The position numbers and the translations under genes are program-made. From a virus (taxonomy: Duplodnaviria > Caudoviricetes), in the IMG/VR virus record IMGVR_UViG_3300017747_001382, positions 1 to 28,931 of that record: a stretch of DNA of 28,931 bases. One strand, written 5' to 3'. Under the pieces are notes generated by a model. It searched no databases. It saw only the letters and a list, made by a program, of their open reading frames with translations, and had not been told where the DNA came from. Positions 15,827 through 23,974 of this stretch are shown piece by piece (position 1 is the first letter of the stretch; each line of letters begins with the position of its first letter).

Positions 15827-16305
15827 CGCAAGCCTATGTAAACAGCGTGTTACGTTACGACGACGGAAAATTGTTCTGGAAACAGACAATGAATCAGCGC
15901 GCATTTGCCGGTAAATTTGCCGGAGCGCCGCGCACATGCGATGGGTATTTAGATATTCAATTAAAAGGTAAAAAATATAGGGTGCACAGGCTTGTTTTTT
16001 TTATGTTTAATGGGTGGTGGCCTACCGTTGTTGACCACATTGACGGCGATATATTAAACAACAGAATTGAGAATTTACGCGCCGCAACACAACTTCAGAA
16101 TACGCATAACAGCCGCTTATGCAAGCGAAACACAAGCGGCCATAAAAACGTAAGTTGGTCAGCTCGTCACGAAAAATGGGTTGTTTGTTTAACTATTGAA
16201 GGCCGGTCAAAACGACTTGGAGTGTTTGAAGATTTAGAATTGGCCGCGTTAATTGCTTGCGAAGCTCGCGCAAAATACCACGGCGAATTTGCGAGGCATA
16301 GATGA
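15820..16305 (+). mobile_element. Free-standing HNH endonuclease with AP2-like C-terminal domain
   Basis: YRVHRL...VDHIDGDILNNRIENLR...NTSGHKNVSW...KW...LGVF...A...ARAKYHGEFA; visibly more AT-rich than its flanks. Confidence 0.9.
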
Positions 16306-16502
16306 CCGAATATTTAACGTGGAAAGAGTTAAATGATCGGCTTGCCGATCTGACCGAACAGGAGGTCTTAGACCTACTGGAAGATGAAAAGCGTCACGCC
16401 CGGCGCTCCACCATCTTAGTGCGACTGCACCAGCGCTACACAGTGCTGCGAATGTTGCGTGAAAGGGCGGCTCTAATGGAGATGATAAATGAACCCGCAT
16501 GA
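16302..16502 (+). CDS. Conserved hypothetical phage protein (66 aa)
   Basis: TWKELNDRLADLTEQEV...RLHQRYTVLRMLRER; ATGA-coupled. Confidence 0.75.
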   Translation: MTEYLTWKELNDRLADLTEQEVLDLLEDEKRHARRSTILVRLHQRYTVLRMLRERAALMEMINEPA

Positions 16503-16911
16503 ATTGCTTGTGCAGGCGGCCGACATCATTGCCGAACGCGGTGAAGGTTACGGCGGCATTGAGAACAATTTTCAGCTCGCCGCTGACTTGGCCAGCCTGC
16601 GGCTAGGCCGCAGCATACACCCTTACGAGGTCGCGATTATTATGGTCTGCGTCAAGAACGCGCGGGCGTTCAATTCACCCAATCACATGGACAGCCATGT
16701 TGACGCAGTAAATTATGAATTGTTTGCCGCTATGTTTGCCGAGGATTATTCCAGAGCGCAGGGCAGTCGGTCAGAAGCAACGTATAAACGTAAAGACGGG
16801 CTCAAGACTGCCACACGCGCTGCGTCTTTATCAAAGGCGGCACGTGCGGCGGAGTTGCCCGTAGTCGACGATGAACTTAGCAAGCTCGCTGTCGCGGGGG
16901 AGAGCGCGTAA
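16489..16911 (+). CDS. DUF6378-like all-alpha protein (possible nucleotide pyrophosphatase fold)
   Basis: LLVQAADIIAERGEGYG...NFQLAA...VAIIMVCVKNAR...HMDSHVDAVNY. Confidence 0.7.
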   Translation: MNPHELLVQAADIIAERGEGYGGIENNFQLAADLASLRLGRSIHPYEVAIIMVCVKNARAFNSPNHMDSHVDAVNYELFAAMFAEDYSRAQGSRSEATYKRKDGLKTATRAASLSKAARAAELPVVDDELSKLAVAGESA

Positions 16912-17064
16912 TTCTTTGGCGGCTTTGGTCTGTTGTTCCGCCGAATAATCGACTAGCGGGGGGCATGAACCCCCGCTAGCGCAGCCTTCAGAACTTACCG
17001 CTATCAAGATCAGCAGCAGTTTCTTCCACGGTTTTCGGTGCCGCAACCTGACCCTTTCAACCAT
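16831..17064 (-). CDS. Outer-membrane lipoprotein, o-spanin (Rz1-like)
   Basis: Basic N-terminus, hydrophobic LLLILIAV, lipobox-like SEGC, then CPPLVDYS...DYGQLRRTC; last gene of the lysis cassette. Confidence 0.65.
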   Translation of the reverse strand: MVERVRLRHRKPWKKLLLILIAVSSEGCASGGSCPPLVDYSAEQQTKAAKELRALPRDSELAKFIVDYGQLRRTCRL

Positions 17065-17233
17065 TCGGTTTGTCGCCGCCCGTCACGTGCCAATCTTTAG
17101 CCGCGACCAAGCCCAGCGCGACAAGCGCGTTCTGAAGATCCGTCCAGTTCACGTCTTTCGTCTGCCAAGCATGAAACAACACGGACAGCAGCGTCAGGAT
17201 TCCGGGGATCGTGGTCATCCAATTTACGAGCAT
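17057..17233 (-). CDS. Holin-like protein (58 aa, two hydrophobic segments)
   Basis: Translated by hand: MLVNWMTTIPGILTLLSVLFHAWQTKDVNWTDLQNALVALGLVAAKDWHVTGGDKPNG; strong AGGAGG SD. Confidence 0.7.
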   Translation of the reverse strand: MLVNWMTTIPGILTLLSVLFHAWQTKDVNWTDLQNALVALGLVAAKDWHVTGGDKPNG

Positions 17234-17242
17234 ATTAGCCTC

Positions 17243-17398
17243 CTAGTTACAGGGATTTGACGTGCGGTCGCGGGCCAAGCACTCGTAAAACTTAGCCGAC
17301 TCGCAACCGCCAAGCATTAAGATTAGGAACACAAGTCCCGTATTTTGGCATATACGTCGTTTACGCGATTGGCCCAGCCACGCCCAAAAACCGACCAT
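17243..17398 (-). CDS. Small Cys-rich lipoprotein overlapping the endolysin 3' end
   Basis: Translated by hand: MVGFWAWLGQSRKRRICQNTGLVFLILMLGGC-ESAKFYECLARDRTSNPCN; lipobox LGGC; start uncertain. Confidence 0.5.
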   Translation of the reverse strand: MVGFWAWLGQSRKRRICQNTGLVFLILMLGGCESAKFYECLARDRTSNPCN

Positions 17399-17826
17399 GT
17401 TGACAGTCCTTTTAGAAAGCCAAGCCGCTTATCCGTGACCTGATTGGCCACGTAAGTCTTACAAGCCAAAATCGTTGCCGGGCCGATCACGCCGTCCTGC
17501 GTGACGCCGACCGTTGACTGAAGATATTTAGCGGCCCGACTCACCCCTGAGTTCACCGCAAAGTCGAACACGGCGATGTCGACGCCATCGGGTAGGTCAT
17601 CGCCTCTGATCTTATCCCAATAATTTTGTTTATAGATCGCTGCGACTTCGGCCTGCGTGATATTAAACACGTCCTGCGTCGGCAAGTTCTTAGCCGACCG
17701 CCAGCCATTATAAGTGTTTTGCGTTATGCCGAACGCAGTTCTGCCGCCAGGGTCGCGCGGGTCGTCCACTTTGCCGCCCTCGTAACGCAGGACGGCCTGA
17801 AGGCATTTGTCGTAATTATCTTTCAT
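17323..17826 (-). CDS. Endolysin, glycoside hydrolase family 108 with C-terminal peptidoglycan-binding region
   Basis: YEGGKVDDPRDPGGRTAFGIT, IYKQNYW, FDFAVNSG, DGVIGPAT, FGRGWANRV. Confidence 0.93.
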   Translation of the reverse strand: MKDNYDKCLQAVLRYEGGKVDDPRDPGGRTAFGITQNTYNGWRSAKNLPTQDVFNITQAEVAAIYKQNYWDKIRGDDLPDGVDIAVFDFAVNSGVSRAAKYLQSTVGVTQDGVIGPATILACKTYVANQVTDKRLGFLKGLSTWSVFGRGWANRVNDVYAKIRDLCS

Positions 17827-18080
17827 CGGTCAGCCTTCATGGCGATCATGTCGCGTATGCGGTCAAGACGTTCAAACACTTGATTGAACGTGTTGTTAAA
17901 CTCTTCGCGGGTTATGTAACGCCCGGCGACCAATATCTCAATCGCCGCAACTTTGTCGGCTAACTCTTTGTCGGCTTCCTGAAGATCTTTAACCGCGCCC
18001 CAAACCGTGCTGAGAACCCAGCCGCCCAGCACGCCAATAACGCCAATGGCCACGTCGAAAAGAACTTGATACTCGACCAC
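17823..18080 (-). CDS. Single-TM coiled-coil membrane protein (holin/antiholin-like)
   Basis: GTG start with GAGG SD; N-terminal TM segment then coiled coil (YITREEF); ATGA-coupled to the endolysin. Confidence 0.65.
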   Translation of the reverse strand: MVEYQVLFDVAIGVIGVLGGWVLSTVWGAVKDLQEADKELADKVAAIEILVAGRYITREEFNNTFNQVFERLDRIRDMIAMKADR

Positions 18081-18082
18081 GA

Positions 18083-19714
18083 TTACCTCGCCATCGCGTT
18101 GACGCCCTGCGTCGCCAAAGGCATAGCAAGCGGCGCATATTGAACAGAGAAGGGAACGGCGGTAGGCGCGCCGCGCGTCATAGCGGCGACGTTACTGGCC
18201 GCGCGTTTAGCCAACGCGTTACGGACAGCACGGCCCATAAGACCTGCGCCCGCCGCCGTGACGGCCGCCGGGCCAGCATAAGGATCCTGTGAACTGAGCC
18301 CATAGCCGCCGACAAGCATTTCGGCCGCCATGACCGCCGGATTGCGCGTCGGGGAGAGCTGGCTGACAAGATTGACCAGCGACGAACCTTCTTCGCCCTT
18401 GGCGATGCGTTTAATCATCGACTGTTCGTCAGGCGTGAACTTGCGCAAGCGCGCCGGATTGCGGGCCAGCGAACGGAATTGCGTTTCGATATTTTACGCC
18501 GAACCGCCGACAAGATCCGCGCGCTCGATCAGTCGTTCGATCTCCGAACTTTTAGACATCATGCGATAGTCTTTAATGCCAGACATAAGAGCGTCGGCGG
18601 CTTCTTTGGCTCCCGCACCTATCGCATTTTTATCGTTCGTGACAAATTCGTCCAACTTGTCCGTAAGAATACCGGCCAATCGGCGCACGTCTTTCTCTTT
18701 GTCGTTGCGCAGAACGCCGATCATTTGCCGTGCGTTATGCAGGCTTTCTATCGTCAGCGGCTGATTACCCAAATCTTTGAGCGCGTCGACAGCGACTTTC
18801 ACGTCAGAAAATTTGCTGAATCGCGGGTCATAGCCTTTGAGACTGGACGCGATATTGCTGGCAAAAGTCTGATACTTAGCCGGGTCGTATTCGACGCCCA
18901 TCGACGTAGCTTTTTCAAACGCTTGCGACGCGCGCTCGCCCAGCGCTTCGGTCGACGGCGGTTTGCCGACAAGGCGCATAGCGCCGCGCTGACCGGCCGC
19001 GACGCCCGACTCAAGGCCGCGCTGTAGGCCGGCCGCGCTATGCGCGCCAGCCAGACCGCCGACAAGGCTCGTGGCCAGCAGCGCGCGGGGATCTTCAACG
19101 CCCATTTGTTCTGCGCGAACGGGGGCCGCTGCGCCGACTGCGCCAGCTCCGGCCTGCACGGCCGGGCGTTCCGCCATCGTCGCCAGCGCGTTGCGCATCA
19201 TGCCTGGGGCCGCGCGTTTGGCCAGCACATTGGCCGCACCCGCACCCGTCAGCGCGCCCGCGCCGCCCTCGACCGCAGACGCCAAAAGTTCTTCGGCCTG
19301 CGTGCGGGGCTTAAATGATTCCGGCGTAAGATAGCCGCGCACGATTTCAGACGGCGTGCGGACAGGCTGGCCGCCAAACTTAGGCGCAGCGACATTATAA
19401 AGCGTCGTAGCCAGATCCGCCGCGCCTAGACCGCCGGCCGCGAGCGCTGCGCCCGCCGGGCCGCCCAACAGCGCGCCAGCTCCGGCCGCAGCCGCTATAG
19501 GCGCAGCCGCGCCGCCAGACACTTCCGCCGCGCGGCCTAGCGTCATGCCGCCAGCGGGCTTAGCCGGCGCAGCCGCCAGCCCAAAATGCTGCATGATTTC
19601 GGCGTCAGAATATCCGGCCTTTTTGGCTTCGGCCGTCTCCGGCATTTCCATAAGGAACTGCTGGATTTCGGCATCCGTATATCCTGCCGCTTTTGCGCCC
19701 GCTACGTCGAACAT
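18083..19714 (-). pseudogene. DNA ejection/transfer protein (543 codons) interrupted by an in-frame TAA at 18494-18496
   Basis: Track ORFs 18494..19714 and 18083..18448 are in one frame: ...LVGGSA*NIETQFRSLARNPARLRKFTPDEQ... N-terminal AxxAGY(T/S)DAEI repeats; Ala/Gly-rich; third gene of the ejection cluster. Pseudogene, sequence error and readthrough cannot be distinguished here. Confidence 0.7.
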
Positions 19715-19716
19715 TC

Positions 19717-21351
19717 TTATCTCGTATAGAAGGAGGACAACGGAGGACGGTTAGTCGTCGGCGCAGCCGCAATCAGCGCTTCTTCCGGCGCTTTCACCGC
19801 GCCTTTGCCATAGCGCGCGGACAGATCCGCGACGATACGACGGACAGAATCAATATCCATCGTCTCGTCAGACAGCGATTCAAGCATACTTTTCAGCTCA
19901 AAATTCGAGTCAAGTTCTTTGGCCGACGCGCCGGTTGCCGCCATAATGTCTTTCAACAGCGAACGACGCAGCGCCTTCAGCTCGTTACGCTGCTGCTGCG
20001 CCGGCGTGGCGCGCGCCTTTTCGACTTCTTGGCCGAACGTCGTGCCGGCAAGATAGGCGGGGACGTTTTCGGCAATCCCGCGCTGAGCGCTGGGGATAGC
20101 TTTTAGCGCGTCAAGACGATTGTATTTGTCCAGCATCTTGCCGAGCGTGTCCTCGACATTTGACTGACCGACAACCTGTTTCTTAGTGCCGACCGTAACC
20201 GGCTGCGCTGGCGCGATAGGCTGCATCGGAGCCGGCGCGGTCATGGTGTTAGCCGCAGGCGCGGGGCCGGCCATCATGTTGATCGGCGGATTAATCTGCG
20301 GGCCACCCATGAACGTAGGCGTGCCGGCCGCCGCAAACGCCGGGACAGCCTGCGAACCCGGAAGATTAGTGCCGCGCGCGATATTAGCTTCCTGCATACG
20401 ACGGCCGGCGTTAATGCCCTTATTGTCGTCAGCCAGACTTTCAATCGCTTTGGCAATAGCTTCAGGATTACCGGACTGCACGGCCGGAACGATCCGGCTG
20501 GGAATCGTGCCGTAATTATACGCGACTGACGTAAGCGCTGCGCGCGTATTTTCCGGCAGGCCAGACCAGACCTGTTCGCCGACCTTGGCCGCAGCCTTCG
20601 GCACAAACTCAGTCTGAATACGGCGCTGAAGGTCACGTTCCGCGTCTTTTTCCGTAATCGGGGCCATGCCTTTACGGACTTTTTCGACAGTGCCGTCTTC
20701 GCGGGTCACGGTATCACTACCATACCCGACACGATCTGCGTTCACGTCAAAATAAGGAGTGGCTTTGAACCGTTCGCGTTCTTTAATAAGATCTAATGTC
20801 AGATCCTGACGCGGGCCGGGCATACCTTCTTGCTGAATAATCGGCGCGGGCACAAGACCCTGCGGCGTCTTCTTGTAAACTTCGCCGCCAAATTCGGCGT
20901 ATTCCGGCTTTTTAAGTTCGGCCGCCTTTTCAGGGTTTAACAGCCCGAGCTTCCAGTCGTCCGAAAACTTCTTGCCCTTAAACGCCGCGACGCCCTGCGG
21001 AAAATCCTTCTCCATGAGCGTGACGAAATGATCCAGCGACTGCTGATCGTTGACAAATTTTTCGAACATATTGCGGTAAAGATCGACTTTACCGGCCTGC
21101 ACTTTCTGTTCAGCTTCCTGCTGCTGCGAGCCGTAAAGACCAGCCTGCCGTTCGGCGGCCTGCGCCTGTCGAAGCTCGCGTTCGGTCGCAATGCGCGCCT
21201 GGAGATCTTGCACGTCCATGCTCTGCGCCATGCGCGCAAGTTGGGCCTGCGACATCTGCTGCTGACGCAACTGAGCCATCATATTCAGCGGGTCGATGGC
21301 GTATCCGCTAGTCTGCGGAACTTGTGCGGCGATATTATAATTAACGGGCAT
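19717..21351 (-). CDS. Virion ejection protein with internal GH24-like lysozyme domain
   Basis: Gln-rich helical N-terminus; LIKERERFKATPYFDVNADRVGYG...ITEKDAERDL...LPENTRAALTSVAYNYG...RRMQEA. Confidence 0.82.
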   Translation of the reverse strand: MPVNYNIAAQVPQTSGYAIDPLNMMAQLRQQQMSQAQLARMAQSMDVQDLQARIATERELRQAQAAERQAGLYGSQQQEAEQKVQAGKVDLYRNMFEKFVNDQQSLDHFVTLMEKDFPQGVAAFKGKKFSDDWKLGLLNPEKAAELKKPEYAEFGGEVYKKTPQGLVPAPIIQQEGMPGPRQDLTLDLIKERERFKATPYFDVNADRVGYGSDTVTREDGTVEKVRKGMAPITEKDAERDLQRRIQTEFVPKAAAKVGEQVWSGLPENTRAALTSVAYNYGTIPSRIVPAVQSGNPEAIAKAIESLADDNKGINAGRRMQEANIARGTNLPGSQAVPAFAAAGTPTFMGGPQINPPINMMAGPAPAANTMTAPAPMQPIAPAQPVTVGTKKQVVGQSNVEDTLGKMLDKYNRLDALKAIPSAQRGIAENVPAYLAGTTFGQEVEKARATPAQQQRNELKALRRSLLKDIMAATGASAKELDSNFELKSMLESLSDETMDIDSVRRIVADLSARYGKGAVKAPEEALIAAAPTTNRPPLSSFYTR

Positions 21352-21353
21352 TA

Positions 21354-22490
21354 TTAGCTCCCGAAGATAGAATTAAGAACGCCACCGCTTCTATAAATGC
21401 CGGGCAACTGCCCCACTCCCGCATATTGCGTGCCCTGCGGCGCGTATTGGTTCATCAGGCTATACGCCAAATAGTTCTGCGAGGGAGCCTGAAGCGCCTG
21501 ACCAAGAGCAGTTGCGCCGCCCATGTAACCAGATGCGCGCGCTTGCGCGGCGTTCTCCGCAGCGGTGCCAAGCGGGTTCATCAGCATCGTATTGGCGATG
21601 TTAGCGCCGGTGCCTGTGTAAGTGCTGGCGATATTGCCGGCCGTGTTGGCGGCTAGGTTAGCTTGATTAGCGCCCGCGCCCGTATAGGTCGAGCCGAGAT
21701 TAGCGCCGGTCGTAAGCGCGCCCTGGCCTAAATTGGTGCCGGCGGTCATGGCGGTCTGACCAAGATTAGCGCCAGTCTGGCCAGCCAGCCCCGTAGCGGT
21801 TCCAGCGGCCGACAGACCACCAGAGGCCAAGTTCTGAATGCCCTGCGTCGCCGCCGCACGGTTAGCCATGAAACGGTTATAGGCGTTCTGATATTCTTGA
21901 CTTCCGGCTTCCTGACCATAACGCGTCGCCGCCTTCAGCGCCGCGCCGGAGCCGCGCATACCCGACGAGCCAAGCGTCGAATTAAGCGCCTGTTCGCCCT
22001 GCGCCAAGCGGAAGGCATAGCCAGGATCCATCTGAAGCTCAGCCATAGTCGGCTGCTGCGTATATGCGCCGCCAGGGCCAAAAAGTGACGCAAGTTGATT
22101 TACCGCGCCAGCACCGGCGGTCATATAAGGCTGCTGATAGCCAACACCTTGGCCGTAAAATTCACGCTGCGCGGCTTCCGACCGAGCGAGCTGATTTAAG
22201 ATGTCTTCGCGCGACTGAGCCTGACCAGCTCGCAACGCTTCTGTACCAAGCGTCTCGCCACGGCGCAGGGCTTCCGTGCCAGTCGCCTGGCCTTTTTCAA
22301 GCGCTGATACGCCCTGCGCGGCAGCTTCGCGCTGTGCCTGAATAGCCTGCTGTTGAGCTAAAAGACCAAAAAGACCCGAAGTTTGCGCCGCCTGCTGCTG
22401 CGCGCCAGCCGCTTTTTGAGAGCCTAAATAGCTAAGACCCCCGGAAAGTAAACTTGTACCGCCTAGAAGGGCTGCTGTAAACGGATCCAT
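21354..22490 (-). CDS. DNA transfer/pilot protein (P22 gp7-like)
   Basis: Hydrophobic Gly-rich N-terminus; YQQPYMTAG; DPGYAFRLAQG...SGAALKAATRYGQ...SQEYQNAYNR; Ala/Gly/Gln-rich. Confidence 0.8.
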   Translation of the reverse strand: MDPFTAALLGGTSLLSGGLSYLGSQKAAGAQQQAAQTSGLFGLLAQQQAIQAQREAAAQGVSALEKGQATGTEALRRGETLGTEALRAGQAQSREDILNQLARSEAAQREFYGQGVGYQQPYMTAGAGAVNQLASLFGPGGAYTQQPTMAELQMDPGYAFRLAQGEQALNSTLGSSGMRGSGAALKAATRYGQEAGSQEYQNAYNRFMANRAAATQGIQNLASGGLSAAGTATGLAGQTGANLGQTAMTAGTNLGQGALTTGANLGSTYTGAGANQANLAANTAGNIASTYTGTGANIANTMLMNPLGTAAENAAQARASGYMGGATALGQALQAPSQNYLAYSLMNQYAPQGTQYAGVGQLPGIYRSGGVLNSIFGS

Positions 22491-22493
22491 AGC

Positions 22494-22760
22494 TTAGTTC
22501 CTGCCGATCATGGGCGTTACGGGTTGCGATGATATAGCAACCACTTCGTTACGAAAAGACTCAGTTGCGGCCGCACCCTGCCGAACTTCTTTGGCGACTT
22601 CAATCTGAAGCATAGGCATGGCCGCGACAGAACAGACCCATTCGTCGATCTCTTTGCCTGTGTTCGGATTGACGCCGCGAAGCAGCGTTAACCACGCGCA
22701 TTTGAGTTGCACGCAGTCCTTTTTAATCAAAGGGCAAAAAGTTCCGTTTTTGAGTTCCAT
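22494..22760 (-). CDS. Cys-rich tail-fibre-associated protein (88 aa)
   Basis: CPLIKKDCVQLKCAW...NPNTGKEIDEWVC...AAATESFRNE; TAATG-coupled to the fibre gene. Confidence 0.75.
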   Translation of the reverse strand: MELKNGTFCPLIKKDCVQLKCAWLTLLRGVNPNTGKEIDEWVCSVAAMPMLQIEVAKEVRQGAAATESFRNEVVAISSQPVTPMIGRN

Positions 22761-23974
22761 TAGTTCTTCGTCGCTATGATTACGTCTACATACTGCACCG
22801 CGAGATTGATCGCCGTGCCGGTGAAACTATGGCTGTGGCCACCACCACCACCCGTGCTGCTATTGCTAACGGTAACGCCAGTCGTAGCGCTACTTGTCAC
22901 GCCGGCTGTGCCGGTCGTTATGTAATTGATGCCCGTAACACCACCTTGGACACCTAAACCAGCAGTAGCGAAAGTGCCATAGGGATGTGTGTGGCCGGAG
23001 TCAGTCACAGACGCTGTATGGGAGTGAGATGGAATATCAGCCGTAGTCAGCGTATAACTACCGACCGTGCCGCTAACCGCTTGAGACGCAAACGCCGTCG
23101 TAAACGCGACGCTACCGCCCGAAGATGCCGAGCCGGACACAACGCGGAGCGCTTTGTTGTCGTGCGCCGTTGATTTTGTCCATCCGGTCGGAGCCGCCGT
23201 CTGCACAAATAGCATGACAGTGCCGGCGGGGATGTTTGCCCAAGCACCGGAAAATGTCGTAGCTGTCAACGTTCCGGCGACAGAACTGTCACCCGTAATC
23301 GCCGCACCGCTAGCCGAAACAGTCAGACCGTTCGCAAGCGTGGTCATTCCTGTGCTGGCGATAGTCAACCGATTGCCGCCATTAACGCGCAGAATCAAAT
23401 TGCGCGCGTCTCTGACATCATAAGTCGAATTGGTCGCGTCAGCCGAGATGACCGTGCGCGGCGTGCCATTGGCGGAAAGCTGAATTTTTCCGTCATTGTC
23501 AATGTCAAGCGCTTCAGCCGGGGCGACCGTGCCAAGACCAACAAGACCAGCGGAATTGATGACAAACGGCGTCAAATCAGGGTCAACGCTGTCCTGCACG
23601 CGCAAAACGTCGCCGGTGCCGGTCTGCGTGATTTTAAGCGCTGGGCCAGATGAGTCGGTCGAAATCGTGACGTTACCCGTCAGAACCGGGGACACAGCCG
23701 TCGTCGGCGCGGAGATATAATCGACCGTCCAGATCTCGACGTTATTGGCGTCTAACAATTTGAACTTATACGTCGCTTCGCCAAGCCAGATATTAGCTTC
23801 GCCGCGCGAATCTAAGATGATCGGGTTGCTGTTGGCCGTCGATCCACTCGAATCGGTATATGTGACCTGCGGCGTCGTCGTGCCCGCCGCGTAGGTATAG
23901 ACCTTGCCGCCCACCAGCGGAACGCCGTCAGCGCCAATGAACTGCGTCTTAGGGATCGGGGTAATAACAGCCAT
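22760..23974 (-). CDS. Tail fibre / receptor-binding protein
   Basis: N-terminal virion-attachment domain (GVPLVGGKVYTYAAGTTTP...NPIILDSRGE); collar-like IPAGTVMLF..APTGW; tip with HSH/HTH/HSH motifs. Confidence 0.85.
   Translation of the reverse strand: MAVITPIPKTQFIGADGVPLVGGKVYTYAAGTTTPQVTYTDSSGSTANSNPIILDSRGEANIWLGEATYKFKLLDANNVEIWTVDYISAPTTAVSPVLTGNVTISTDSSGPALKITQTGTGDVLRVQDSVDPDLTPFVINSAGLVGLGTVAPAEALDIDNDGKIQLSANGTPRTVISADATNSTYDVRDARNLILRVNGGNRLTIASTGMTTLANGLTVSASGAAITGDSSVAGTLTATTFSGAWANIPAGTVMLFVQTAAPTGWTKSTAHDNKALRVVSGSASSGGSVAFTTAFASQAVSGTVGSYTLTTADIPSHSHTASVTDSGHTHPYGTFATAGLGVQGGVTGINYITTGTAGVTSSATTGVTVSNSSTGGGGGHSHSFTGTAINLAVQYVDVIIATKN

Noticed and set aside
16489-16911. DNA-modification (Z-base or 7-deazaguanine) pathway
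   Set aside because: Only a DUF6378-like ORF; no purZ, que/dpdA or transferase genes are visible.
22760-23974. Diversity-generating retroelement acting on the tail fibre
   Set aside because: No reverse transcriptase and no second copy of the fibre 3' end seen in the window.
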